DNA of 64,000 nucleotides from Candidatus Beckwithbacteria bacterium (GTDB lineage Bacteria; Patescibacteriota; Microgenomatia; UBA1400; CG1-02-47-37). A model generated the notes under the pieces. It saw only the letters and a list, made by a program, of their open reading frames with translations, made no database searches and was not told the origin of the DNA. Where the stretch lies: contig JAZDKF010000012.1 of assembly GCA_043803225.1 (NCBI GenBank), positions 54,143-118,142 of the forward strand. Direction: 5' to 3'. Positions within the stretch are counted from its first letter, which is position 1. The number at the start of each line of letters is the position of its first letter. Position numbers and translations under genes: made by a program. This document shows positions 29,346 through 40,111 of the stretch, one piece after another.

Positions 29346-30218
29346 ATGAAAAGAAAACTTCTGCTTTTAATCTGTTTCCTCACGATAACTGTTGTTTTAA
29401 CTGGTTGTACTTTTCCTGGCCGAAAAAAGTCAGCGCTCTCAGTTTCGACCATACCTCAGGCAACTATTTTCCTTGACGGCGAACATTTAGGCCAAACGCC
29501 CTATGTTAACGAAAAGCTTAAAGCCGGCGACTATGTTCTAAAAATCGTTCCCGAATCCTCCGGTCAGGCCTTAAGTCCCTGGGAAGGTCGGGTCACCTTA
29601 AGCCCGGGTATTTTAACTGTTGTTAATCGGGAACTGGGTTTAACCCAGGATGACTCTTCCGGAGAAATCCTGTCCTTTGAGCCCGGCGCTGATAAAAACT
29701 CTGCTTCGATTTCTGTTGTTACTACCCCCGATGGCACTTCAGTTTATCTGGATGGTGAACCGCGCGGTTTTTCCCCGATTTCTCTTGATAATGTCTCTGA
29801 AGGCGACCACTTGTTATTAATTACCTCTCCGGGATTTAAAGACAAAACCATTAAAGTTAAAACCGTCAAAGGCAATAAATTAATTGCCTCAATTCAGCTT
29901 GCCCGGGCTGTCATTGCTTCGCCGGTTGAAGACACGGCTGATTCTGAAGCTACTCCGGCCGCTTCCCCTAAAGCCAGCCCCAAAGCTTCGCCCACTGCCG
30001 GAGCTAATCTGGTCAAACCCTATGTGGTGATTGACTCACCCGATACTGGTTGGGTTCGGGTTCGCTCAGAAGCTTCCACTGCCGGTGAAGAGTTGGCCAA
30101 GGTCGATCACGGTACCAGTTTTCCTTTAAAAGACGAACAATCTGGTTGGTACGAGATTGAATATGAGACTGGTAAAACCGGCTGGATATCTGGGAAATAC
30201 GCCGAAAAATTCGAATAA
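29346..30218 (+). CDS. PEGA-domain + SH3b protein, probable lipoprotein
   Basis: MKRK...VLTGC lipobox; IFLDGEHLGQTP and VYLDGEPRGFSP; GWYEI...GWISGKY. Confidence 0.85.
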   Translation: MKRKLLLLICFLTITVVLTGCTFPGRKKSALSVSTIPQATIFLDGEHLGQTPYVNEKLKAGDYVLKIVPESSGQALSPWEGRVTLSPGILTVVNRELGLTQDDSSGEILSFEPGADKNSASISVVTTPDGTSVYLDGEPRGFSPISLDNVSEGDHLLLITSPGFKDKTIKVKTVKGNKLIASIQLARAVIASPVEDTADSEATPAASPKASPKASPTAGANLVKPYVVIDSPDTGWVRVRSEASTAGEELAKVDHGTSFPLKDEQSGWYEIEYETGKTGWISGKYAEKFE

Positions 30219-30219
30219 C

Positions 30220-31146
30220 TTAACTTAAGTAATACAAAATTCCCACTATCATTAATCCCCAAATAGTGACGGTGATCAGCATCGGCCTGTCTGCAGTTAA
30301 GATTTTTTCCGGCGATTCGCCCTGGTTTTTCTCATAAATCAGCTGCAAATATCGCATCACCCCATAAATTACTACCGGAATTGTTAACATCAGCCATTTT
30401 TCCGAGCGGAAAGTATTGGGTAAGTATGACAGTAAAGTTAAGGCCTTCCCGCTGAAGCTAAACGCCGGGAACATAAAGGCAAACAAAGCATAAGTTAACC
30501 AAGTGGTGTTGGCAAACATCACCGTATACAGATCTAATAGTTTTTCTGGATATCGCCCTAAAACTTTTCTGGAAGCAATTTTACCCTGAAGCAAAGTTAG
30601 TTCGCTTCTGCGCTTGCCGATGGCCAAGAATAAAGCAAAAGAAATAATACATAAGAGCAGCCAAACATTAATGTGCGCCCCGATAATAAACGCTCCGCCA
30701 TAAACTCTCAAGAGAAATCCCAGGGCAATCGCCATTACATCCACAATCGGCCGGTGTTTGAGCACCGCCGTGTATATAAACTGCAACGCTAAATAGGCAA
30801 TCATCACCAAAAACAAGAAATACGATAATGACCAGCCCAGACCTAAACTAATCACCATGCCGCTTAAGCTGAAAAACAGCGCCACTCCAATCGGTAGTTT
30901 CCCTGACGCTATCGGCCTGAACTTTTTAAATGGGTGATTCCGGTCAGAATTAACATCCACAACGTCATTAAAAATATAAACCGAGCTGGTTAAAATCGAA
31001 AAAATCACCCAGGCAGCCGTTACTGTCCACAACTTTTCTCCCCAAAAAAGCCAGCCGGAAAACACCAGTCCCGTATATAAACTTAAATTTTTTAACCACT
31101 GTCGCGGTCTGGCTTCTTTAAAAAGTAGGTAGCCATACTGAGCCAT
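30220..31146 (-). CDS. UbiA-family polyprenyl-phosphate phosphoribosyltransferase
   Basis: RPRQWLKN, YIFNDVVD..SDRNHPFKKFRPIASG, KRRSEL, RYLQL..GESPE. Confidence 0.85.
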   Translation of the reverse strand: MAQYGYLLFKEARPRQWLKNLSLYTGLVFSGWLFWGEKLWTVTAAWVIFSILTSSVYIFNDVVDVNSDRNHPFKKFRPIASGKLPIGVALFFSLSGMVISLGLGWSLSYFLFLVMIAYLALQFIYTAVLKHRPIVDVMAIALGFLLRVYGGAFIIGAHINVWLLLCIISFALFLAIGKRRSELTLLQGKIASRKVLGRYPEKLLDLYTVMFANTTWLTYALFAFMFPAFSFSGKALTLLSYLPNTFRSEKWLMLTIPVVIYGVMRYLQLIYEKNQGESPEKILTADRPMLITVTIWGLMIVGILYYLS

Positions 31147-32183
31147 AACAAACTACCTCCGATCATCACTGCTAATAATATCATTGTATAGAATTTGAGT
31201 TGGCTGTTCAATTTCAATGCCAAAAATCCTAAAATTGCCGATACGATCCAGTAAAACACCGCTATTCTGCGTTTGCCCCAGCCCAAGTCCATTAAGCGAT
31301 GATGCAGATGACCCCGGTCTCCCCAGACAGGCGACTTGCCGCTTAAAACCCGGCGGATAATCGTATAGATTGCGTCCAGCATTGGCACTCCCAGCACTAA
31401 AATTGCCGTAGCTACTTTAGCCCCGGATAAAATTGCCAGCACCGCCAAAAAATATCCGGCCAGCACTCCGCCGCCATATCCGGGCATAATTTTTTGCGGA
31501 TAAAAGTTATAGGGCAAAAATCCCAAGTAAGCTCCGGCTAAAATAAACGCTAACACCAGTACCGGCCATTGAGTTATATCATCAACAAACCGTAAACTTA
31601 AGAAGCCGATGACTACGCCGGCCACCACCACGATTCCTGGCAGTTGGCCGTCTAACCCCTTGGCCCAATTGACAAAATTCATTGCTCCGACAATCCACAC
31701 CAAAGCCATCAAATCAGCCCAAACCCAGATTGTCCGCCACTTCCCCAAGAAAAAAAACGGAATTTGTAGGCCTGACAAATTAATAATCGCTCCGGCTTTA
31801 ATCGGGTTGCTGATATAAGGAATTCCAATTCCCACCCCAACCACCAGCCCGGCTGCAATTAATCCCCAAAACAACCGTTTATATGGGCTGATATTTTTAA
31901 CATCGTCAATCACGCCCACGATTGCCAATAATAATGCCCCGCCAAAAATTCCCAACCAATGCTTATCTACAGGCAAAAACAATAAACTAGCCATAAGCAT
32001 ACTGAAAAATATTACTGCCCCACCCCCTCTGGGTACGGGATATTGATGCACTACTTTTGGATGGTCTTGTTTTTTAGGATCATCCAGCCAACCCATCTTT
32101 TTATAAATGAGAATCACTATCGGCGTTACCCCTAATGAAATAATCATTGCCGTTATTAACGGTTTAATTAATTGAACTAACAT
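31092..32183 (-). CDS. WecA/TagO-type (MraY family) undecaprenyl-phosphate GlcNAc-1-P transferase
   Basis: HQYPVPRGGG, GVIDD, GLDG, NFYPQKI, DRGHLHHRL. Confidence 0.9.
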   Translation of the reverse strand: MLVQLIKPLITAMIISLGVTPIVILIYKKMGWLDDPKKQDHPKVVHQYPVPRGGGAVIFFSMLMASLLFLPVDKHWLGIFGGALLLAIVGVIDDVKNISPYKRLFWGLIAAGLVVGVGIGIPYISNPIKAGAIINLSGLQIPFFFLGKWRTIWVWADLMALVWIVGAMNFVNWAKGLDGQLPGIVVVAGVVIGFLSLRFVDDITQWPVLVLAFILAGAYLGFLPYNFYPQKIMPGYGGGVLAGYFLAVLAILSGAKVATAILVLGVPMLDAIYTIIRRVLSGKSPVWGDRGHLHHRLMDLGWGKRRIAVFYWIVSAILGFLALKLNSQLKFYTMILLAVMIGGSLLWLSMATYFLKKPDRDSG

Positions 32184-32186
32184 AAT

Positions 32187-32573
32187 CTAGGTAACCAGCC
32201 AAGTAATCTTAATTAAACTTACCAGCCCCATTGCTACTATTAACATTGCCAGCCAAATTAACATTTGGGCTAACAGCCGGTCTTTTTCCAAGACATTTCC
32301 GGCTACCCGGATAGAAATCAGGCTGATTATTAAACTTGAACCAGGCAGCATCCATAAACCCCACTGGTTAATTAATCTGCCTTCGCCATATGCCCGGCTA
32401 AATAACATCGGCACTTCCGGCGGCAGTTTGTTCCACCACCAAGCCAGCCATAAAAAACTCAACCCCAGTCCTAAAAAAATCATCTTCAACCCTACCCTTA
32501 TGTTTGGATTTACTACTAAATTGTCAATTTGTTTTTTGACCATCAATAAACTCAACTGTTCGCTTTTTTTCAT
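32187..32573 (-). CDS. Small membrane protein (DUF1648-like)
   Basis: Three TMs; LPPEVPMLFS. Confidence 0.6.
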   Translation of the reverse strand: MKKSEQLSLLMVKKQIDNLVVNPNIRVGLKMIFLGLGLSFLWLAWWWNKLPPEVPMLFSRAYGEGRLINQWGLWMLPGSSLIISLISIRVAGNVLEKDRLLAQMLIWLAMLIVAMGLVSLIKITWLVT

Positions 32574-33970
32574 ATACTCTCCAATTTTCGGTATACATCT
32601 GCTCGTTCAATCTTTCCCGCAAAGACATAATCAGTTGCCAGCTTTAAATCCAGTTGTTTAAAAGGCCTTTGTTCATAGTCCATGACTATTACTACTCTTG
32701 GCGGTTGTTTGTCCCAGGCAATCATTACTTCTTCGTAACCATTAAAATCAACTATATGATAAGCCACCGTGTAGCGCCCAACCGGCAATCTGTCGGCTAA
32801 CGCATAAACTCCCGGCTCATCTCCCCAAATAAACACCCGATCATCCTTATTCGTGCTTTTTAGTAAATACTCTCCCAGTTTATAACTCTGGTTAACTCGC
32901 TTATCAAAGTAATTGCGATACTCAACTACGTCTTTCTGCCTGGCAATATACTTAATAAAATTTTCATAATAGCTAAATACAGGATAACTCCAAAATTTAA
33001 TTTGCCACCACCAATAACCGCTCAAAAATAATACTCCGGCAATCGCCAGTCTTAAACTCCATTTGCGGCTTTTAATCAACAGGCCTAACAACAGCACTGC
33101 CGGTATTGCCGGCTGGATTAAATAATGTAGATAAGGCCTGCCTGACAATAACGCCCCGAACAGTGCCATTAAAAACCAAATCAGAATTAAATTCGCCCAT
33201 CTGGAAAACTTATACTTTCTTCCCGCCCAAAAAACTAATCCCAAGGCTAAGATCGTAATTCCCAACCTGACCATTAAACCGTTGTTGCTTACTCCCCAGG
33301 AACTTAAGTATCCGATATTTTGCAGCAAAGCCGATCTGACATACCGTTCCAAGCCGCCGACTATTCCAAAGTAGCCGATTGTTATGGCAATCGGCAAACT
33401 GAAACCTAAAATTAACTTCCAAATTCTTTTATCAAAAATACCTTGCCCCGCTAGCCAAAGAATTAAAGCTGCCAGATCAAACGCCGCCGGCACTTTTAGC
33501 AAAAATCCAACTGAAAACAACAATCCTGCCTTAAACCAGCCCTTTCCGCTCGCTGCCAGCAGCATTGCCAGCGTTACCGGCAGCACAATGAAAATCTCTG
33601 CATTTGCCACATTGCCTTCAAAAATCGTCGTTAATCCGATCATTGTCAAAGTTAAACAATAGCTTAAAAATTTATTTTTCGGCCAAATGATTTTAGTTAG
33701 TTTTAAAAATACTGCCACACTCGCCCCAAACCAAACCATTAATATTAATCTGAAATAAAACACATTACCTGCCGCAGCCGCCAGCATGTAGAGCAATGGC
33801 GGTTTGTTATCATGAATATCCCGGTAAAATATCAACCCTTTTCTTAACCCCTGGCCTAAAACCAAATAAATTCCTTCATCGCCATACCAATACGGTTCAA
33901 ATAAAGACGGAATTCTTAACACTGCCACCAGCAGTAACAATAAAATCAAACCTTCATATTTTTTCCACAT
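32570..33970 (-). CDS. GT-C family membrane glycosyltransferase
   Basis: YGDEGIY, DNKPPLLY, many TMs. Confidence 0.75.
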   Translation of the reverse strand: MWKKYEGLILLLLLVAVLRIPSLFEPYWYGDEGIYLVLGQGLRKGLIFYRDIHDNKPPLLYMLAAAAGNVFYFRLILMVWFGASVAVFLKLTKIIWPKNKFLSYCLTLTMIGLTTIFEGNVANAEIFIVLPVTLAMLLAASGKGWFKAGLLFSVGFLLKVPAAFDLAALILWLAGQGIFDKRIWKLILGFSLPIAITIGYFGIVGGLERYVRSALLQNIGYLSSWGVSNNGLMVRLGITILALGLVFWAGRKYKFSRWANLILIWFLMALFGALLSGRPYLHYLIQPAIPAVLLLGLLIKSRKWSLRLAIAGVLFLSGYWWWQIKFWSYPVFSYYENFIKYIARQKDVVEYRNYFDKRVNQSYKLGEYLLKSTNKDDRVFIWGDEPGVYALADRLPVGRYTVAYHIVDFNGYEEVMIAWDKQPPRVVIVMDYEQRPFKQLDLKLATDYVFAGKIERADVYRKLESI

Positions 33971-33990
33971 CCCCTTATTTTAGCATTATT

Positions 33991-35478
33991 TTAAACTTTT
34001 TCCGTCACCCGGTATTCCATGTATCTTCCCAGCAGCAGACGGGTATGGGCATCCAGTCCCGGTAAAGCCGTAAAGAAGAACCCGACTATTGGCAGGAGTA
34101 TAAACTCAAATGGGGCTAAAACCTTTCGCCATCTGGCCGTTCCCAGTGGCGCTTTTGGTTTTTGTCTCCAGTCCACGAATATCACCGCTGCCATCGCTAC
34201 TAGCGCTAAAGTTAAAATACTCGAGGAAACCTGGGGCAAAGTCTTGCCGATTATTGTTCTGGAAAAATCCTTATTTAAAAGCGGCGGAATGTTGGCTCCC
34301 AAGGTAATTGCAAACCAGTTAACCGGCCATAACACATGATCTTTTACTACATATAAAGATCTGATGGTTTTTTCTGTAAACGGCATTTTCGGCACTGTTA
34401 ACCACTTGAAAATAATATATGCGTCATCGCTGACTCCCCAGGCCCAGCGCTTGGTTTGTTCGTACTGATTTTTCATCGTCGGCCAAAACCCTTTTGCCTC
34501 GGCCGCATCGCAAAAAGACGGTAAAAATATCGGTTCAACTTCCACTTTGCCTTTAGTGGCATAAAACAGTTTAAAAAACATCCGGTAGTCTTCCGGAATT
34601 ACATCCGTGTCCCAATAGCCGACCTTGTCTACTAATTTTAAGCTGATCGAGTAAGTCGAAAAATTAATCAGCCGGTCTTTTCTAAGCAAAATTCCGGTCT
34701 GCACCACGCTCGACATGCGGTTATATGCCCTGGTTATTGTTGGCAGTTTCCAAATATTATTATAAAACTGAATTGCCGACTGCCAGGTCTTCGTGTAGCG
34801 GTGCGGATCATCTAAAAACTTGAAAGTTAAATAGGCAAAGTATTGCGGGTGGAGCAAAGCGTCCGCATCATTTGAAGTAATCGTAATATAGTCAATATCT
34901 TTCTTTTGCTCATCCACCAGTCTTTTTTTAGCCAATTTTGCCCCCCAGGCAATGTTCGACGACTTACCCTTAACTTCTCCTTCTAGATCAGGGTGAAATT
35001 CCATCATCAAGTTGCCAAAAATTCCTTTAAATTCAGTTTTTAACTTTTTCGCTTTTTCTCGGGCATTTATGCCTTCTCTGGCTTCAAACGCTACTACCAC
35101 GGTTAAATTTTCCTTAGGAAATGTTTGCTTGGATAAGTTTTTCAACGTTCTTCTTAAGGTATTTAGAGGTTCTTGATAGGTTGGAATCACAATAATATGG
35201 TGAACCCGCTTCCAGTCTAAAAAAGACTGCGCTTCGTTGAGCCAATCAAATAACTCTGCTGCCTTGATTCGATAATGGGCAAGTAAAGCCAGAGTTGCTG
35301 TCCATAACGATCGGTAAAGCCAGTAAACATCAAAAGCAATAATATAGTAGGCGACTAAAGCCGGCGCAAAAAAAGCCCCCCAGAATGGAAAAATAATTAA
35401 CGACCAGGAAGTCAGGCCGGGCAAAATCTCCAAAAATCTGATTACTTTTTTCTCGTGTTTTAACAGCCATTTTCTCAC
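33991..35478 (-). CDS. Membrane-bound GT2 glycosyltransferase
   Basis: IPTYQE, DAD, IPED, QTKRWAWG (QxxRW). Confidence 0.85.
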   Translation of the reverse strand: MRKWLLKHEKKVIRFLEILPGLTSWSLIIFPFWGAFFAPALVAYYIIAFDVYWLYRSLWTATLALLAHYRIKAAELFDWLNEAQSFLDWKRVHHIIVIPTYQEPLNTLRRTLKNLSKQTFPKENLTVVVAFEAREGINAREKAKKLKTEFKGIFGNLMMEFHPDLEGEVKGKSSNIAWGAKLAKKRLVDEQKKDIDYITITSNDADALLHPQYFAYLTFKFLDDPHRYTKTWQSAIQFYNNIWKLPTITRAYNRMSSVVQTGILLRKDRLINFSTYSISLKLVDKVGYWDTDVIPEDYRMFFKLFYATKGKVEVEPIFLPSFCDAAEAKGFWPTMKNQYEQTKRWAWGVSDDAYIIFKWLTVPKMPFTEKTIRSLYVVKDHVLWPVNWFAITLGANIPPLLNKDFSRTIIGKTLPQVSSSILTLALVAMAAVIFVDWRQKPKAPLGTARWRKVLAPFEFILLPIVGFFFTALPGLDAHTRLLLGRYMEYRVTEKV

Positions 35479-35489
35479 AAGGTACGTCC

Positions 35490-36287
35490 TTATTGGAATT
35501 TAAATAATCTTTCCGCACTCTTGGTAGTCTCAGTTTCAATTTTTGCTATTGAAACTTTTTTCAGCCTTGCCAAGCACTGAGCCACGATCTTAACACTTAT
35601 AGGCTCATTTCTCAAATCTCTCTTCGGCGCCGGTGATAACCAGGGCGCATCTGTTTCTAGCAACATCCGCTCTAGAGGTGTCAATTTAGCTAAAATCTTC
35701 ACTTCCTGGCTGTAGGTTACATTTCCATCAATGCCAATATAAAAACCCATCTCTAAAATCTTGCTTAAAAGTTTTTTACTCCCGGAGATGCAATGGAATA
35801 CGCCTTTAGGATACTGGCCGTCACTGGTGCAAAAGTGCTTAATCGTATCCAGGGTCTCTTCGCCTGTTTCGCGGTTGTGGATAATCATCGCTAGCTTAAG
35901 TTTTTTTGCCAGTTGAATCTGTTGACCAAAGAGTTTTTTTTGAGCTGTTTTCACCTCCGGAGAAATCTCTTTCTTCTCATACTTGCTTTTTTGATAAACA
36001 TGAAAGTCCAAACCGCACTCGCCAATTGCTGCCACTTTTTCCTCTTTTGCCAGCTTCTCCAGTTTTTTCCAATTAATCTCGCTTAAACCGTGGTGAGGAT
36101 GAACACCTACTGCTGCCCATAGATTTTTATGTTTTTTTGCCAACTTAACTGCCCTGGCGCTTGTTTCTAAATCCGCCCCTACCACAATCATTTTGGTTAC
36201 TCCGGCCTTAACTGCTCGATCTGCCACCCTTTGCCAGTCAGCTTCAAAAGCCTTAAAATTCAAATGGCAATGCGTATCAATATACAT
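35490..36287 (-). CDS. tatD: TatD family nuclease
   Basis: DTHCH, GVHPH, IGECGLD, HNR, FHC, ETDAP. Confidence 0.93.
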   Translation of the reverse strand: MYIDTHCHLNFKAFEADWQRVADRAVKAGVTKMIVVGADLETSARAVKLAKKHKNLWAAVGVHPHHGLSEINWKKLEKLAKEEKVAAIGECGLDFHVYQKSKYEKKEISPEVKTAQKKLFGQQIQLAKKLKLAMIIHNRETGEETLDTIKHFCTSDGQYPKGVFHCISGSKKLLSKILEMGFYIGIDGNVTYSQEVKILAKLTPLERMLLETDAPWLSPAPKRDLRNEPISVKIVAQCLARLKKVSIAKIETETTKSAERLFKFQ

Positions 36288-36297
36288 AAGCCGCTAA

Positions 36298-37713
36298 TTA
36301 TAGTCTCGGGAACAACGATTCCTTTATCTTAATTGTATCGCCGCCAAAAATCTTGGCAATTTTTTCTGCTGTTTGGGGCAAAAATATCTGCAGCTGCCAG
36401 TTAAAGGCCAGTAATTTTTTTACATAACCGACTAGCTTATCTTTTCTCTCATCTGCACTTTGTTTCCAGGGTTCATCCTGAGAAATCTGCAGATCCAATT
36501 CCCTGATTTCTTCCCATAATTTAATTAAAGCTTGATTAAACTCATATTTTCCCAGCTCGCCGCTGACAGTAATTTTTTTCTCAAAATCTTTAATCCCCGC
36601 CAAACCGTCTTTTTCTGCCATCTTCGCCACCCGGGAAACCACATTCCCCAAACCATTAGCCAAATCCGCGTTATATACCTCTTTAAATCGCTCATGAGTA
36701 AAATCTCCGTCTGACTGGGTCGGAATCTCTTTTAATAAAAAATACCTGACCGCGTCAGCACCGTACTGTTTAACAATTTTTTCAGGATTAATCGTGTTGC
36801 CTAAAGACTTTGCCATTTTTTGGCCATTGGCAGTAATATAGCCGTGGACTAAAACTGCTGCTGGAAGGGGGAGTTTCGCTGACAGCAGCATTGCCGGCCA
36901 ATAAACTGTGTGAAACCGGTAAATTCCCTTGCCGATCACATGTACTTGCGCCGGCCACCACTTTTTCCATAAGTTCAAATCATAATTCCAACCCACCGCC
37001 GTCATATACACCGTTAAGGCATCAAACCACACATACATTATCTGGGTCGGATCATCTGGCACGGGAATACCCCAATTGCCTAAGCGGACTGCTGGCCGGG
37101 AAACTGAAAAATCTTTCAGGCCTTGTTTAATAAATCCCAAAGTTTCGTTCTTTCTGATTTCAGGAAATACTTTTAGTTCATCCTTTTCAATTAACTCTTC
37201 CAGTTGCTTTTGATATTTGGATAATTTAAAAAAGTAATTTTCTTCTTCGATCAATTCCGGCACTCGGTTGTGTTCAGGGCATTTTCCTTTAACCAACTCG
37301 TCCTTTGTATAAAACTGTTCACAGCCGACACAGTAAAGCCCTTGGTACTTTTTCTTGTAAATATCTCCGTTTTTAACACACCGATTCCACAACTCGATTA
37401 CTCCCGGCCAATGATATTTTTTATCTGTTGCTCTCCGCCAAACATCAAACTCTACCCCAAGCTGTTCAGCGTGTTTAATAAAGGCTTGAGTATTTTTATC
37501 CGCCAGTTCTTGAGACTCTAGCTTTTCTTCTTTTGCCGCCTCTAAAATTTTTTGTCCGTTTTCGTCTGATCCGGAAACGCAAAATACCTGCTTACCTTCA
37601 AGTTTTTGCCACCGCCTGATTACATCGGTTTGAATAAACTCAAGAGAGTGGCCAAGGTGCGGAAATCCGTTTACATATGGAATCGCCGCCGTTACATAAA
37701 ATTTATCTGCCAT
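36298..37713 (-). CDS. metG: Methionine--tRNA ligase
   Basis: PYVNGFPHLGH, YVWFDAL, KMAKS. Confidence 0.97.
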   Translation of the reverse strand: MADKFYVTAAIPYVNGFPHLGHSLEFIQTDVIRRWQKLEGKQVFCVSGSDENGQKILEAAKEEKLESQELADKNTQAFIKHAEQLGVEFDVWRRATDKKYHWPGVIELWNRCVKNGDIYKKKYQGLYCVGCEQFYTKDELVKGKCPEHNRVPELIEEENYFFKLSKYQKQLEELIEKDELKVFPEIRKNETLGFIKQGLKDFSVSRPAVRLGNWGIPVPDDPTQIMYVWFDALTVYMTAVGWNYDLNLWKKWWPAQVHVIGKGIYRFHTVYWPAMLLSAKLPLPAAVLVHGYITANGQKMAKSLGNTINPEKIVKQYGADAVRYFLLKEIPTQSDGDFTHERFKEVYNADLANGLGNVVSRVAKMAEKDGLAGIKDFEKKITVSGELGKYEFNQALIKLWEEIRELDLQISQDEPWKQSADERKDKLVGYVKKLLAFNWQLQIFLPQTAEKIAKIFGGDTIKIKESLFPRL

Positions 37714-37731
37714 CAGCCTATTTTAGCTGAT

Positions 37732-38367
37732 TTATCCTAACTTTTCTGCCACTAAAAATAAACTTCCGGCAGCATAGGGTTTGGGGCTTTTATAATACTT
37801 CATCTTTAATCCGGGAAAACCATCTTTTGCTAAAACTTGAAATAACTTCTGTCTTGAACTGTCATCTTCAATAAAACTCAATATCAACAATCCGCCATCA
37901 GTTAATAATCGGCCGGCCTGTTGAATTAAATTTGTAAAATCTTGTTTTTCCAATCCAGATTCATTAAAAATATTAAACCAGGTAATTAATCCTAATTTCT
38001 CGTCACCCACATCTTTTTGAATTTGGGATAAAGCATCATTTCTCTGCTGTCGAATTATTTTTACCGCAGTTGATTTTTGTGCCATTGCCTCTAAAACCGG
38101 ATCAATTAAATCATCATGATGGCCTCCTGCGTCTATTGGCTCCGCCGCAAATAACACTTTTGGATTATAGTTTAAAAAACAAGGAATTTCTGCTCCGTAT
38201 TCTACATCCAAACAAGCAATTCCCAATTTTTCTATAAAATTATTAATTTTTTGGCAAGAATAACCGGTCCCATTTAATAAATTTTCAAAACTCCATTTCA
38301 GCTTTGCTCCATTAGTTTCTGTTTTAGCAATTTTGTCTTGGACAGTTCCTGGAATCAATTCAGTCAT
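37732..38367 (-). CDS. Hypothetical protein, possible degenerate class I SAM-methyltransferase fold
   Basis: CLDVEYG, RLLTDGGLLILS; AT-rich. Confidence 0.5.
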   Translation of the reverse strand: MTELIPGTVQDKIAKTETNGAKLKWSFENLLNGTGYSCQKINNFIEKLGIACLDVEYGAEIPCFLNYNPKVLFAAEPIDAGGHHDDLIDPVLEAMAQKSTAVKIIRQQRNDALSQIQKDVGDEKLGLITWFNIFNESGLEKQDFTNLIQQAGRLLTDGGLLILSFIEDDSSRQKLFQVLAKDGFPGLKMKYYKSPKPYAAGSLFLVAEKLG

Positions 38368-38738
38368 TATTTTTTGAATACGTCCCGGACTGCTTTCGAT
38401 ACCTTACTGGCCATTTCTCCAGCCCACTCATCCGCCTCAATTGCCTTTAATGCCAGCCTTAAACCTTCATTATCTTCTTCCAGCCACTTTTGCACACTGG
38501 CAATTGTTGCTGAAGACACCTTTAAATCCTGCCGGATTACCTCGTAAGATCTCTCTTTATTTAAATAAACTGCGATTCCTAACCGTTTTGCCAGCACCGT
38601 TTTTTCTGTTTTGCTTAACACATCCTCTAAAAACATTTCTATATCTTTAGGTCGTTTTAAATCCGCCAGCACCTGATACAAAGCTTTAAAAATCTTTTTT
38701 TCTATTTGCTTATTAACATTCCTTTTTGACACTTGCAT
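38367..38738 (-). CDS. TrpR-like (YerC/YecD) protein
   Basis: FLEDVLSKTE..LAKRL..SY..I...LKVSSATIA. Confidence 0.85.
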   Translation of the reverse strand: MQVSKRNVNKQIEKKIFKALYQVLADLKRPKDIEMFLEDVLSKTEKTVLAKRLGIAVYLNKERSYEVIRQDLKVSSATIASVQKWLEEDNEGLRLALKAIEADEWAGEMASKVSKAVRDVFKK

Positions 38739-38753
38739 GTTTAATTAATTAAA

Positions 38754-39080
38754 CTATTCCTTGAAATATCTGTCAACTGCCACCACAATTCCGGCAATTA
38801 AAATTAAGTTCAACCAATTCTCCAGCCGATACACTCTAAGGATCAATGCTCCGGTTAACCCTAGGCTGATTAACAAGCCTCGCCTGGAGTCGCCTAAAAT
38901 CACTGCCAAAGTTAAAAAGATCGCCGGAAAGAACAACATAAAAAAAGGCAGGTATAACCCGTCAATTAATATATCCTTAATCAGTTTTGGCTCCACCCAG
39001 ATAATCAATGCTCCCAGCAATCCCCATAAAATCACCATCGTCATTAACGCTGGCAAATAGTTTTTTCGTCTTTTGTTCAT
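38754..39080 (-). CDS. Small membrane protein
   Basis: Basic N-terminus, about four TMs. Confidence 0.65.
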   Translation of the reverse strand: MNKRRKNYLPALMTMVILWGLLGALIIWVEPKLIKDILIDGLYLPFFMLFFPAIFLTLAVILGDSRRGLLISLGLTGALILRVYRLENWLNLILIAGIVVAVDRYFKE

Positions 39081-39106
39081 TGCTTTATGTTACAATTTAT
39101 TTAACT

Positions 39107-40111
39107 ATGACTCCAGAGACATATCTTATCGCCGCCTTATTAATTGCCGGATTTGCTCTGATTATCTGGCTTTTTTCCCGTAAGAAAGAAGATTCAACCT
39201 TACTTGAATGGGCTAAAACCACCCAGAAAGACATTAAAGACCTGCAAACCGTTCTGACCAGCTCTCTTCAGACCTCCAATCAACATATGATTAACACTTT
39301 GCTGCAGTCATCCAACACTTTAAATAAACGTCTTGATAAAGCCGCCGAAGTCATCTCCGGTCTGCAAAAAGAAGCGGGGGAGTTTACTGAAGTTTCCCGT
39401 TCCATGAAAGAACTAAACGAATTTTTACGATCCCCGAAGTTAAGGGGCAACATTGGCGAACAGGTTTTAAAAGATTTAATTTCCCAGATGTTTCCTAAAA
39501 AATCTTTTCATCTTCAGTACAGTTTTAAATCCGGTGATAAAGTCGATGCCGCCATTCAGACTGACGCCGGCATTCTGCCGATCGACTCCAAATTCCCCAT
39601 GGAAAACTTTCAAAAAATCGTCAAAGCCAAAGATAAAGCTGAGCAAGCGGTTTTCCGGAAAGCCTTTAGCCTTGATGTTAAAAAACACATCAAATCGATT
39701 GCTCAAAAATACATCCTTCCCGAAGAAGGCACTCTGGATTTTGCCCTGATGTATATCCCTTCCGAGTCGGTTTACTATGAACTGGTCAATTTAACTGAAG
39801 TTATGGAGTTTGCCAAAACTAACCGTATTTATCCGGTTTCTCCCTCTACCCTTTATGCCCATTTACAGATGATCTTGCTTTCCTTTGAAGGTAAGAAAAT
39901 TGAACGCAAATCCCGGGAAATCTTTGCCCTGATTCGGGCGATTCAAACCGACTATGACAAAGTTGATGAAAAACTCTCTATCCTCGGTAGCCACATCCTC
40001 AATGCTCATAATAAATTCTCTGAAGTTCATTCGGCTTACAACACCATTGGCCAAAAGCTTCGCTTCGGTCGCGAGCTTACCACCGATTCCGACCTGCCCA
40101 AGCTAAAATGA
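39107..40111 (+). CDS. rmuC: RmuC family protein
   Basis: TM, coiled coil, PKLRGNIGE, IDSKFP, DFALMYIPSE, SPSTL; ATG 39107. Confidence 0.9.
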   Translation: MTPETYLIAALLIAGFALIIWLFSRKKEDSTLLEWAKTTQKDIKDLQTVLTSSLQTSNQHMINTLLQSSNTLNKRLDKAAEVISGLQKEAGEFTEVSRSMKELNEFLRSPKLRGNIGEQVLKDLISQMFPKKSFHLQYSFKSGDKVDAAIQTDAGILPIDSKFPMENFQKIVKAKDKAEQAVFRKAFSLDVKKHIKSIAQKYILPEEGTLDFALMYIPSESVYYELVNLTEVMEFAKTNRIYPVSPSTLYAHLQMILLSFEGKKIERKSREIFALIRAIQTDYDKVDEKLSILGSHILNAHNKFSEVHSAYNTIGQKLRFGRELTTDSDLPKLK

